Positions 25,340 through 42,028 of a stretch of DNA of 64,000 nt are shown here, piece by piece. The translations under genes and the position numbers were made by a program. The stretch lies in the NCBI RefSeq assembly GCF_009914755.1, contig NC_060926.1, one strand, 5' to 3'. This DNA comes from the human T2T-CHM13v2.0 reference genome, Homo sapiens. The notes beneath the pieces were generated by a model that was given only the letters and a program-made list of their open reading frames with translations, was not told the DNA's origin and made no database searches. Every line of letters starts with the position of its first letter. Positions within the stretch are counted from its first letter, which is position 1.

Positions 25340-26030
25340 CTCAATTAATATTTAGTATTTACAAATATCTAGTATTTATTAAGCACCTACTATGTGCAAA
25401 ACACTGTGCTAAGTATTGTGGGAAACATTTTCTGAGTGCTTGCTGTGTGCACTCAGCAAATATTTCCCACAATACTTAGCACAGTGGCAGACATGGCCAG
25501 TACCCCCAGGATCTTACAGTCTATGGGGATCAAACAGGAGCAGACAGACTAGGTCAGAGGCAGTTTTAGTAATTCAAGAAAGAGTTGATGGTAGTTTAGA
25601 CAAGGGAATTAGGGGTGGAGATACAGGAAAAAAAGGACAGATCCAGAAGATATCTAGGAGGTAAAAATAGAGGGAATTTGGCAATAGATTGGATATGGGG
25701 AAATGCAATGGGGTCGTAGACGACTCCTGGGTTTGTCATTTGAGCCTCTGGATAGACAGTGGTGTCCATCCCTGAGAGAATGTTGAAAGAAAACCAGATT
25801 TTGTAGGGACATCGCAAGTTCAGTCTCAAATGTGTTAAATAAGTTGCCTTTGGGGCATCCATGAGGCAGTTGCATATTAACGGATCTGGAACTTAGAATC
25901 CAGGACTGGGCTGAAGTCATGAAGAGTCCTTGCGTAATTGACATAACTGTGTGAATGGGATTTCTTAGGGAAGAATATAGCCTGAGAACCAGAGAGGACC
26001 TTGGATTTGTTCTTAAGGAGTATCAAATAT
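25340..26030 (-). mobile_element. L2 relic
   Basis: tatttattaagcacctactatgtgc..atttggcaatagattggatatgggg. Confidence 0.7.
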
Positions 26031-27050
26031 AGGTCTAAAAATTAGGGGAGCCACTCATCAATGGTTACCAAAAATCTAGTTCACCTATTTAAAAAAAAAA
26101 AAAAAGTGAAACACATTAATCAAAGAAACATGTCTTGATTCTCCAAGTACAAACTCTTCTATAATAATGATCCCACACTCAGAGACCAGCCCAGTCTACT
26201 ACTAAGTCAATGGGCCAGGTAGGGCCTGTGGCACACAGGAAAGGACATGTCCTGTCTAAAGAGAGCAGCTGATTCTAAGCTCAGACAAGTTATTCCCATA
26301 TATAATACCTATATCCAAATCCCTCTATTAAATTCCCCACTGTTTGAAATAATTGCCATGATTTTACATTTATCTGAATGCACCTTGACAAAAACAGCAT
26401 TATCCCAGATTTCTAGAGTCAGAGCCCAATTCTTGCTTCTGACTTGGAAACAATCTTCAGTTACCTTAAATTATTTTCCTTACTAAAGTCCCCTATTTTT
26501 CTATTTCCAAATGGCATTGATACCTACAAAAGACAGATCTTCTACTGCGAGTGTTTTTCCTAGCTTCTACAACTCCCCAAAATTATCTTCCAGTGTCTAA
26601 GACTCTAACGACAGTTGTCCCACCCTACAATCCCCTTCATTACTCAAATTCATCCTAAAAAAAAAAGGGTAACTTGGTATTCTGGCCCCATGGTGTGGAA
26701 TGTAAGGAAAAGCGATCAGCTGAACAAAGAGTAATCATCTCCTGGCCCCGTAAGACAGGTTGGCATTAGGAAGCAAGACAGTAGGTTCCTATGCTCCTAC
26801 CAGCATATCTGAGTGGTAGAGCCCAGGTCACATATCTGCATTGCAGCTGCAAAGGAGACTGGGAAGGTGAGCTCCTACCTCAAACCTACGGATGAACTTT
26901 AGAAGCCAGAGACAGAAGGGAAGGACAACAGGTTCTGGAGCAACGTTGAAGATTACAGAAAGAATGGGAGGAACTGGCTCTCAAAGTTAATTAATTCTGG
27001 CCTCTGATACTTTTGCCATTCAACATCAGTATATTTTCCTGAAGGTCTAG

Positions 27051-27512
<462 letters not shown>

Positions 27513-28368
27513 AAAGATATTTTTTATTATGTGCATTCAGAATTTTTTGCCTTCTCAATATTCCTCTGCAAGAGTACATTGCATGTACTAATTATAACTG
27601 CCAGCTATTGACTAAATCTGATATGTAGCTGAACTGGATTTATTTCTTAGCTTAGTGTTACAGCACACACACACCTAATCAAGTTCTCCCTCCCCCTTCC
27701 CACCTCCTCCAACCCCAAACTATAATTATTAAACCAAGAAATGTGAAACAAAGCACACCATCAGCACACGTGTGTGGTAAAGCAGCCACCGTGACTTGCC
27801 CTGCTTCAGCATCACCAGGTGAGACAACCACACACCTTGCCTTGTATTGCAGCTTCTAAGGCAAACATCCTTCAGGAAACATGATACAGGACCAGAAACA
27901 AGAGTATAATTACAAATCTGTTGTTATTTTCTACAGAACCTTGGTTGGGGTGAGTAAGAGCTTCCCTCCAAAATTCCCTTTTTGTTGACATTTGGCAGGA
28001 CTTCTGTCAACAAAATTACATCAACCAACACCTAGCAGTATCTGGCATGTGGTAAATACTCAATACCTGTTTTTAAGAATCAGAAGAAAATCCAACGAAA
28101 ATGAGCCCTGTCTAATCTCATAAGTGAAAAAGTTAAAGCAGTTAGTATAGCAGTTAGTGCCAAGTACTTAGTAAGTGCTATGTAAGTATGAGCTATTGGG
28201 GTTATTATCATTATCTAGAGTCACTGTTGCTTCTTGTTCACATTCTGGTCATCCAGAAGGTCCTCTCCCATTTCCCTCTGTCCTGTCCTCCCTCTTATTT
28301 AAATACTATCAACTACAAATAATAAAATAAATACTATCACAATTTGCAAGGAAATTTAAACCACCCCC

Positions 28369-28439
28369 TCCTCTCTCTCTTCTCTCTGTCTCTCTCTCTC
28401 ACATACACAAACACACACACACACACACACAGTGAGAGA

Positions 28440-28440
<1 letters not shown>
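28369..28440 (+). repeat. (CT)n(CA)n compound microsatellite
   Basis: Read directly from the sequence. Confidence 0.9.
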
Positions 28441-29370
<930 letters not shown>

Positions 29371-30599
29371 ATAGATGAAAAAGAGAGAGAGAGCGTGCAC
29401 CATCTTTTTTTCAAGGAGAAAGGAAAGAAAACCTGGTCTTCTCTCTGAGGCGCTTATTTGCCTGCCATGAGCTATGGTTGAAGTTGATGCCCTGGAAGTT
29501 CGCCATCTTGAACAGTCCTAGTCCCCATTTTCCAGGCTTCTTCCCCTCCACACTTTGGCCTGGGCTGGGAAACTGTCCCTAGAGAGCTGGACCCCTGTGC
29601 TGACTAGCTTAATACAGTCTGTTGGGCTATGATCCTATGTGTACACGCATGTATTCCTTCTGGGACACAAGAGTATAAATTAAGAAAAATCTCTTGGATC
29701 CCAGACTCAGTATTATAACTCTTCATTTCTTTGCTTTCATTGGTTTCAAGTCAGCCATTTAATATGATTTGCAAATAGCTTTGTGTGGTATGATATTAGA
29801 GGTCAGAAGACTTCTCAATCCATCTAAAAATACATAAACACGCCACAACAAAAATCCATTAAAGTAGAAATAGCTAATCTCTTACATAAGGAGAATAAAT
29901 AATTCACCTCCAGGCTCTCCCATCATAAATCAGTTGTGCCCTTATCAGACACCGGTGCTGGAGTAGAAAAGTACAGCAGCTGTATTCAACTTCGACAATA
30001 AAAAGAGGGGGGTGGAAAAACTAGGGATGAAACATTTGTTTTCTTTCCATGTACGTCTCCAAACAGACTACATAATAAATAAGCTGGGAGAGACCCACGA
30101 CTTAATTCCATGACCGATGAAAACCTTTTCTAACTTTTTACCCCAGGTAAAGGGTCTCCAGGATCTATCTGACTCACACCTTAAGGGGAACAGCAGTGCC
30201 ATGTACCAATCCGCGGATGTGATTCGAACACCTGCTAGGCTCACCCCTGCTGCAGTGAAAGGCTGACGGGGAAGAACCCGCCATCTTGGCCCCCTCAAGC
30301 TCAGCTGGAGGAGGAAGGGAAGAGTCAGGGACAAAATTCCACAGGACTTGTCTATATCACTGATCCCCACCCTCACAGGGCTGTCCAAACTTAAGCCCAG
30401 ATGGGTCCACAAAAGGGTCCCAACGGAAAGAACTGCTCCCACACCTCCTGGAGAAACAGTCAAGAAGGCTATAGAAAAGGTTTAGAGAGAGAGGACCCGG
30501 TCAGGAAACAAGGCTCAAGTCAAGTCAGTCGCTTGAATTCAGGTGACCTACCCCCAACACCAACCCCTGCCCATGTGCAGCAAGAGTTTTTAAACTTAG

Positions 30600-30800
30600 T
30601 TAACAAACATCGACATAGTGTGTGCTCTGTGCCAGGTGCCATTCTAAAGGCTTCAAATACCAACTCCTTAAGTATTCATAACATCCCTTTGAGGTAGGTA
30701 CTACTATTAGCTCCGTTTTTCTGATGAGGAGACTGAAGTGCAAAATGATTAAGAATCGTGCCTGAATTTATTTAGTCGTGGATCAGGAAGCGAAGGATGC
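30600..30800 (-). mobile_element. MIR relic
   Basis: tgtgccaggtgcc..gaggtaggtactactatt..gatgaggagactgaag. Confidence 0.7.
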
Positions 30801-31190
30801 TTCAGCTCGTCACCACCTTCACAGAAGAGCTTGTCACCACCACCTTCACGTCTGTTCTGGGCCCTGAGTGGGCTGTGTACAGAGAAGAAGAGAAGTGACC
30901 AGAGACAGGCTGCAAACTCAGCATAAAAGTTAACAGAGATGTTTTGTATCCTAATAATTATCATTAATACTAGGAATTGTTGTTGAGAAGTTTTTTTGTG
31001 AAGAGACTTTTAATCAGCTTACTTTTCTTAGCATTCCCAAACCTTATCCGTATCCAGCTGAGGATCACAGTGAAAAATGGTTGGGAGTCAGCTCTTCTCC
31101 AGGACCAATTAATAACATGAATCAGGAGGAATGTGAGGTTTTCTCAAGACAACCACATCCTACTTACTCATTTAAAATGAGCCTCCAAAA

Positions 31191-31203
31191 TGCTGACTCA
31201 GCA
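31191..31203. promoter_or_regulatory. Perfect palindromic Maf recognition element TGCTGACTCAGCA (contains AP-1 and ARE cores)
   Basis: Exact T-MARE with 5' AAAA flank, outside recognisable repeats. Confidence 0.7.
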
Positions 31204-31334
31204 TAGCATCTCAGAACATGGTATATATCAGCAGTGAGAGTACATGAGATGTGAAGTAGAAAAGGTAAGCTTTGCGTCAATTATCTATTGCCACAACAAA
31301 GCTGTGTGGCAACCTCAAAACTCAATGGCTTTTG

Positions 31335-33225
<1,891 letters not shown>

Positions 33226-33228
33226 TCG

Positions 33229-33660
33229 GGCCAGGCACAGTGGCTCCCGCCTGTAATCCCAGCACTTTGGGAAGCCAAGGCAGGAGGATTGCTTGAGCTC
33301 AGGAGTTTGAAACCAACCTGGGCAATATTACAAAACCCCATCTCTACAAGAGGGAGGGAGGGAGGGAGGGAGGGAGGGAAGGAGAAAGGGGAAAGGGGGA
33401 AGGGAAAGGGAGAGGGAGGAAAGAGAGAGAGAGGGAGAGAAAGAAAGAGAGAGGAGAAAGGAAGGAAGGGAGGGAGGGAGGGAAATTATTTGGCCATAGT
33501 GGCATGCGCCTGTGCTTCCAGCTACTCAGGAGGCTGAGATGGAAGGATTTTTTGAGCCTGGGAGGTCAAGGCTGCAGTAAGTCAAAACTGTGTCACTGTA
33601 CTCCAGCCTGGGAAATAGAGTGAGAACCTGTCTCAAAAATAAAATAAAAATTAAATTAAA
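33229..33660 (+). mobile_element. AluJ-like with a (GGGA/GAAA)-rich expansion of the middle linker (33350-33484)
   Basis: Left and right arms separated by a ~135-bp purine tract. Confidence 0.85.
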
Positions 33661-33844
33661 TTTAAGTTTTAAAAGGGCAACGGCTTTTTTTAAGAACTAT
33701 TTCTCAGTCACATAATCTGTGGGTTGACTGGGGGTAAGGTGATCTAGTCTGAGCTAGGCTGGGCTTGGTTTGAGGCTACAAATTGGATACAGGTCTGCCT
33801 CACATGTCTCTCATCTTCCTCAGACCAGTAGACTAGACAGGGCA

Positions 33845-34210
33845 TGATATGATTTGGCTGTGTCCCCACCCAAATCTCATACTGAATTGTAGCTCCCATA
33901 ATTCCCATGTCTCATGGGAAGGACCCAATGAGAGGTAATTGAATCATGGGGGCAGGTCTTTCCTGTGCTGTTCTCATGACAACACATAAGTCTCACGAGA
34001 TCTGATAGTTTACATAAAGGGAAGTTCCCCTGCACATGCTCTCTTGCCTGCCACCATGTAAGATGTGACTTTACTCCTCTTTTGCCTTCTGTCATGATTG
34101 TGAAGCCTCCCTAGCCATGTGGAATGGCGAGTCCATTAAACCTCTTTTTCTTTATAAATTACTCAGTCTCAGGTATATCTTTATTAGCAGCATGAAAACA
34201 GACTAATACA
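33845..34210 (+). mobile_element. THE1 solo LTR
   Basis: tgatatgatttggctgtgtccccacccaaatctc..cagactaataca, perfect 5-bp TSD gggca. Confidence 0.92.
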
Positions 34211-36904
34211 GGGCATATTCTTCTCATGGGGATAGCAGAAGCAGAGGGCAAGGCCAATACACAAATGCATTGAAAGCCTTGGCTTGCATAGTGTCTGCTA
34301 ACATCCTGTTGGCCAAAGCAAGTCACATGGCTGAGCTGAAGGACAAGGGGCAGGAAGTATACCCCACTACTGGTAAAAGGTGCTTCAAAGTTGGATGGCA
34401 AAGGACAAAGATAAAGGGAGGGGGAAGAATTGGGAACTCTAAAACAATCTACCTCAGCTCTTCCCCTACACAGGAGACCTCTTCATTCTTCAATCCTAGA
34501 TGGTAAGGATCCCTCCCTAGCTTTTCTACAAGCTTTCATAATTTTCTAGAGCAAAGGATGTTCTTCTAAGTAATGTGACCCAATTCACTCAAGGTAACTC
34601 TTATTATATTGTAAAAAACACAGATCAAAGTAAGTGTTTATGAAGTTCCCTGGGCTTTTCTAATGCTTAGCAGAGGAAATGCATGGGTTCCAAGACAATT
34701 ATGCAGTCCTCACTATCAGATAAGACATTTTCAGATGCTCTAGTTCTCCCCTCCATAGTTCGTGGCAGATTTTAAAACTGACCATTAGTCAAGGGAAGAA
34801 AGAGGATATGGAAGATTGTGTAGGAATTTTATGGGCCAGTCCTGGAAGTAGCAGACATCACTTCTATCTCCATCCTATTGGCTAGAACTCAGTCATACAG
34901 TTGCAAATTTTATAGCTGCAAAGAAGACTGACACATGCAATCTAGCCATGTGCCCAAGAAAAAAAATGAACTGCTTAGCCAGTCTCTGCCACATTCTATA
35001 TTAAGCTGCCTTTATTTGAATGTCAAATCACCTAAAGTCGGCTTTCAAAATGTGTTAACCTCTTATTTGTGGGGGTTTGGGGAACCACTTTTTCAAGACT
35101 GGGGCTGCAGAGAGGAACCCTGGCAGGAGGTTTGAGGACAATGGCAACAGCAACAGCTAGAGACACAGGGACAACACCAGTAGGAACAAAATTCAGATCA
35201 AAGCAGTGGAAGCCTACACCAGAACTTGAAGTAAAAGCATGTGAAGCATCAGTGACCCCAGGATTCCAATGCCTGGAATCCGAGCTAGAAAAGGGAATGG
35301 GTTCCTAGAGACAAATGCCATCAAAGGACAAAAGCCTTGACCTCATCTGAGTCTGGCCTGGGGAAACAAGACTTCCACGTATTGCTTACATATTTCAATG
35401 GTCCATTAATGGTTTGCTCCTTCAACTTTTACAGTCACCCTGAATAAATTTCAGATCCAACAAGCAATAGAATCAAAGTGATTTGGACACAAAAGTACTT
35501 CTTTCCTTTCTCTCCCACTCCTTTTGCCAACCTTGCTCCTTATTATAGCTGCCCTGAACCAGGGAAAAGAAAAAGCTAGGCCAACGGTGCTGTTAACACC
35601 TCCAAGGCCAAGGAAAGACAAAATGAATTCAAAAATCATACTTCCAATGTACTCATTGCGCTTCCTGGAGCTGGCAAGCTCTTTATTTCTCTGCAATGAC
35701 CTACTCTTCTCTCCTGAAATTTCAAGCCGGTTGCCACTTCCACCCTTCTAACTGGGGGCTTTATTATCTTAAGGTGTGAAAAGTTTCTTCGGCAGAAGTC
35801 TGCCTGGGAGAGAAATCAGAATGATTTAAGCAGTGCCCATGTGTGTAGAAAATGGAAGAGAATCCCCAGCTGACACATCAGAAGGGAAAAATGTAAGCTC
35901 AGATGCATTTATTAAGGGAGGTTGAATATCGGCTCAGCAACTTCCCCCCCCACCCTCACTTTTTTTAACTCTCAGATACTATTTTAATGTAAAGGTACCA
36001 CAAGTCCTCAGCAAATCACAGCTTTGAAGGAAAATGTCAATTCCTATCAAACCCTGAAGAATTGTTGGAGCTGATGGAAATCTAAATTCAGCCTTTGGTT
36101 TCCCCATTTTCCCTTCCGTCCCTCCAAACCAATCCCCTCCTCTGCCAACTTGCTCCTAAAGTGCAGGAACAGAGCTGCAAATCAACGCCTGGGGGACATC
36201 CCATCAGACAATGGGAAGGTCTGAAGAAAGGTTAAAGCAGAAAGAAAACTAAATTTATAGACTTAGCATTAAAATCTTAAAGGACCTTAGGAACAGCAAT
36301 GAATCTGATGTTAGGAAAGGCAGGGGCTGTCAGAGGCCACGGCAGGACGGCCTGACAAGGGCTATAAATCTAAGCGAGGAGAGGGAAAAAATAGGCGTCC
36401 TTTCAGGCTGAGTCAACGTGATGAAAAGATCTGAACGTGGACTTGAAAGAGAGGCAAGGCCGCAGAGGCATGGCGGGGAAGAAGCGGACTGGGGACTGCA
36501 AATAAAGGATGAAAAGGGCAGGAGATCGTGGGGGTGGGAGAGAGGAGCAGGCTGGGGCTAGCAGAGGCCTACAACAAAGACACCAGCAACACACTTTGGG
36601 CTGTGGAGGGAACTTTGAAACTGATCCCCAAAGAAAGGAAACAAAAGCTGTGCTTGCTCCTTGCTGTATAGATGAGATGGAATGCAAAGCAACCTTGTAA
36701 GCAACCAGAATCAACATGGAAACCAGGAAGCCCAGGGCAAAAGAAGATGTGGAGGGGATTGGAGAAAGGCAGCAGCATCTAATGGTTAGAACACAAGCCA
36801 GAAGGCCGGGAACTCCCAGGAGTATTTTTAATTTTCATTCACTCATTCTGTGTGTTTTTGGGTTCTTGGTTTTTGATTCTTTCAATGATGCCCTCTGGGG
36901 TTCA

Positions 36905-37265
<361 letters not shown>

Positions 37266-38298
37266 TAGACATAAGACAATTACAACTGAAAATAACATAC
37301 CATGAATTATTATAAAATGCCAAGTTCAAATGGTCTTCCCCTCTGGGCAGGCCCCATGGGAAAAGGAGGATTGGCATCACTTTGCCAGGGCTTCTGCCAG
37401 CTTCACTTATGTCCTAGAGTGAGGCATTGTTTCCTCTGCCTCAGTTTCCCCCAGTGGAAAGGAAGTTGGCAGATCTGTTTCACAGTTGCCAGAGAGGATT
37501 AGTTAAATTAATATCATCATGGTATATTTCAAACCCTTGAGATTAAGTGTAGTTGTTCAGGTACACGCACATACATATATACACACCCATGCATGAAATG
37601 CAACCTTTTCAGTCTTTTGAAATACGAAAATCAGTTTCCCTTCTACTTATATCTGATATATGTTTCCACTCCATTTGCTCTCTACATTTTCCATTTCCTC
37701 TCTTTTTCTAGTTGCTTTTCCCTTCTTATCAAATTTCTGTCCACTTTTTCCAGCTTCTGTCTTCTCTCTTGTCTGGCACTTTGACTCTCCCCAGTTTTGC
37801 ATTTCTCCCAATTGTCTTGGAAGCTAGAGTGCATCTCATGTGCAAGGTCGTTTCATAGGTGACTGCACATTGCCATTAATATTCATTAGCTTTCTTAATC
37901 TGCAGTAAAAAATAGAAAAAAAATACTACCTTTCCATGTGTCAGACTAGTTGATTGGTAGGTTCTACTTTTAAAGCATCAAATTCTCATTCTATAGAGAA
38001 CTTGGAGGTCTGAAAGCTCTGGTGTGGTGGACAAATTTCCTTGGACCAACCAAGGAGAAAGAAATTAGCAAAGCTGAGAGATGATCTTGCAGGAGAAAGT
38101 TAAGCTTCAAAGTGATAAGCATCATTATAACCTTCACAGGTGAATTCATCTAGGTGTATTTCCCAAGAATGGCGATCACCTTTCATAGCCTAGACACTAG
38201 CAGATCAAAGGGATTTCCCTGAAACATTAAGAATTTTAAACTCTGGAACCTAATAAATGCCTTCAAGAGTTTTCTATTGCCTATAAAAAGTCAATGTG

Positions 38299-38596
38299 GG
38301 CCAGATGCAGTGGCTCACACCTGTAATCCCAGCCCTTTGGAAGGCCGAGGTGGGTGGATCACTTGAGGTCAGGTGTTCAAGACCAGCCTGGCCAACATGG
38401 TGAACCCTCGTCTCTACTAAAAATACAAAAATTAGCTGGGCATGGTGGCGGGTGCCTGTTAATCCCAGTTACTTGGGAGGCTGAGGCAGGAGAATCACAT
38501 GAACCCAGGAGGCAGAGGTTGTGGTGAGCTGCAATCATGCCACTGTACTCCAACCTGGGTGACACAGCAAAACTCCATCTGAAAAAAAGAAAAAAA
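38299..38596 (+). mobile_element. AluS-like
   Basis: TSD aaaaagtcaatgt. Confidence 0.92.
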
Positions 38597-39288
38597 GTCA
38601 ATGTAGATCAGGAAAAGCTGGATGTTGCAACCCAGACCTAGCATGTACCATCTTAAAACACAGAGAGAAGCCAAACATATCTGTGTATAAGGTAAAGGTG
38701 TATAAAGAGTAAAAATAAAATAAAATAAAAAGATGGAAAAGTAAACACCATCTTAGATATTTAGAACCTCTCATAAGAAATAATTTTTTTTTTTGCTTAT
38801 GTCAATGGATCCATAAAATAAATGGACTTAACCTGACTTCTAACTCATTTGGTGAAAAGCTAGTAGACTAGAGGTTTATTTGTAGAACTGGGATCTTTCA
38901 GCAACTCAGTAACAGACTTCCTGTTTGACTTTGGGCAAGTTATTTAACTACTTGATATCTAAAGTTACTCATCTGTAACATGAGTAAAATAATATGATAG
39001 CCACATTATTTTTGGCGCTCAGACTGCTCCCAACTTAGAGTGTGTAACTAAATCTCACAGACGAATTTCACAGAATTAATGAATATCTGCAAATGCTGTA
39101 GGCCCTCAAGTCAAATGCTCTCTTCATGGTCTTATCATTATAAAGTAGACATTAGTAGCCCCAGTATCATCACCCCTCCCCTAAGTCATCTCTCTCCTGT
39201 CTGGTATGACCTCTCTGTGTTTAAGAACATGTCGGTCCCTCTAGTGAAAAGGCCTTCCCTCCATTCTCCCATCTATCAGAGTCCCTAC

Positions 39289-39618
39289 TGAGACAGCCAA
39301 GTGCAAAGGGGTTCCTGCAAAAACTCCAACTGGCCTGTGCACTGGGAGGAGTGCACATTGAGGGGGGAAGAGCCACAGAAGTTTGTGCTGTTTGCAGCGG
39401 GGAGGAGCCTGGCCCCTCCTCTTCCTAGGTGGAGCCTGGAATTCAATCTGCCCACTAGCAGGACTCTGGCTTTGTGGAGGGTCCCTGTTTCCCTTTTTTC
39501 CTTTTTGTCCAATAAATTCCATTATTCTCACCCTTCAAACTGTCTGTGAGCCTAATATTTCATGGCCATGTGACAAGAATCAAGCTCTTAGCTGAATTAA
39601 GAAGGAATTCCTACAACA
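39289..39618 (+). mobile_element. MER61-type ERV1 solo LTR
   Basis: tgagacagccaagtg..aaactccaac..cctacaaca, internal AATAAA, perfect 4-bp TSD ctac. Confidence 0.8.
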
Positions 39619-40058
39619 CTACCACATCTTTCCTCTAGAATGCATAGGAAATCATACTAACCTTGATTTGTCTTTTCTTCCTCCCTCCTTAACACCTTAT
39701 AATCTGGTTTCTGTCTGTCACCCTATATGGTTTTGTTGGTGTTTCAAACTCAATCACTTTCCTATGTTCCAGTCCTTTTACAAAGGTGTGTTTTCTCTTC
39801 CACTTTTTCTAGAACTGTGATGATTTATGTCTAGACTTCAGAGATGCTTCCATATAGTAGATCACCTCCAACCTTTCCAATAATACCTTGGCAGAGTCAT
39901 GTCTCTTCCTGCTCAGTGACCATGTCTTCTAATTCTTCTCCACATAGCATTTCCGATAAGTGGTTTGTAATCAGGTGGTTTTCCTATCAACTCTATGTAC
40001 AATTTCCAGCTTCTGTTTGTCTCTTTTAGATCTGCAAGTGAATTCTGTCCAAGATACC

Positions 40059-40590
40059 TGTATCAGTTATCCATTGCCATAATAATAATGCATAACAAAC
40101 AATCTTAAAACACAGTGATTTAAAACAGTCACTGATTTTTATTACTCATGAGTGTATGAATACTCTGGATGGTTTTGTGATGTGGGCCTAACTTGACTGA
40201 TCTCAGCTGGGTGTGTTCACACATCCATGTCACGTGGTGGGTGGGTAAGAACTGGGTGATCTCAGATGGACTCAGAGGGGACAACTGGGATGACCTGGCT
40301 CTGCTCACCTGGTTTCTCACCCTCTAGCAGGCTCACCGGGATTTGCTCATATGGTGATGACAGGGTTACAAAAGAGTAAACACACCTGTGCAAGGCTCAG
40401 AACTGTAACACTGTTACTTCCACCACATAATTCTAATTGACCAAAGCAAGACATATAACCAGCCCAGATTCAAGGGGTGGGGAAGAAGGCACTCCTCTTG
40501 ATGGAAGGAGATGCAAAATCATATTTTAAGAAATATGGATTCAGAGAGGGAAATAATTGGAACAATTTTTCCAATTATTCTACTACTACA
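40059..40590 (-). mobile_element. MLT1(G/H-like) solo LTR
   Basis: tgtatcagttatccattgcc..gcataacaaac..ccaaagcaag..gcccagattcaagggg. Confidence 0.7.
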
Positions 40591-41231
40591 CCTCTGCATA
40601 AATGTCCGGCCGTCATACACAGACAAGCAAAGAAAAAGCTAACCTCCTTCTCTGAACTTGTTGGCAGTTCTATCAGCATTCCAAGATGCTCAGCTCCCTA
40701 AAATTTGAACTTCAAAACCATCATTCAGCCTACTTCAAAATCTCAGCATTGTCTGATTATATCACATCCTGGCTAGGCTCTTGAAATCATTTCCTTACAA
40801 ACACCTGCATTTCCAGGGATCCATCACCCCTGCAAGTCATCTACATTCCCCTTCTGGGAGCATCACTTTGACCCTCTCCACCTCTTGCAGAAATCTCTGT
40901 TTCTGGTCATGCCCTTCCACCAACCTTTGCATATATGTACAGGCTAGTGTGCACATCTTTAAAATGAACAGTAGAGGAGAATCAACAGCAGAATGGTAGA
41001 AAATGAAAAAGGAAGAAAAGGAAGAACAACATTTAATGACACAGTAGTTGAAATCCAGTTTATCTATGTCTTCTCATTGAGCTAACCCCTGAAAAACTCA
41101 GAGAATGTCAAATATAATATCTTCAATCCATTCAATCATGCTGTATATCCAACTCTCACTACATATATAATTGTTGGAAAACTCATTAATCTAGATCTTA
41201 TTGATATGCTTGCTATGAAAATTAATCATCT

Positions 41232-41529
<298 letters not shown>

Positions 41530-41590
41530 TCTCAAGCAAGATAGTTTTCCCTTTGCTAAATTCATTACAGCCCATGAGTAAAATACATGT

Positions 41591-42028
41591 TGTGATTGTT
41601 AATACTGTCAACTTGATTGGATTGAAGGATGCAAAGTATTGATTCTGGGTGTGTCTGTGAGGGTGTTGCCAGAGGAAATTACTATTTGAGTCAGTGGGCT
41701 GGGAAAGGCAGACCTACCCTTAATCTGGGTGGGCACAATCTAATCAGCTGCCAGCATGGCCAGGATATAAAGCAGGCAGTAAAACATGAAAAAGCTAGAC
41801 TAGCCTAGCCTCCCAGCCTACACCTTTCTCCCATGCTGGATGCTTCCTGCCCTTGAACATTGGACTCCAAGTTCTTCAGCTTTGGGACTTGGACTGACTT
41901 CCTTGCTCCTCAGCTTGCAGACAGCCTATTGTGGGACCTTATGATAGTGTGAGTTAATACTACTTAATAAACTCTCCTTTATATATATCCTATTAGATCT
42001 GTCCCTCTAGGGAACCCTGTCTAATTCA
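41591..42028 (+). mobile_element. MLT2A1 (HERV-L) solo LTR, full length
   Basis: tgtgattgttaatactgtcaacttgattggattgaaggatgcaaagtatt..gtccctctagggaaccctgtctaattca, perfect 5-bp TSD catgt. Confidence 0.88.

Noticed and set aside
39289-39618. p53 response element expected in some MER61 subfamilies
   Set aside because: I could not find two adjacent RRRCWWGYYY half-sites in this copy.
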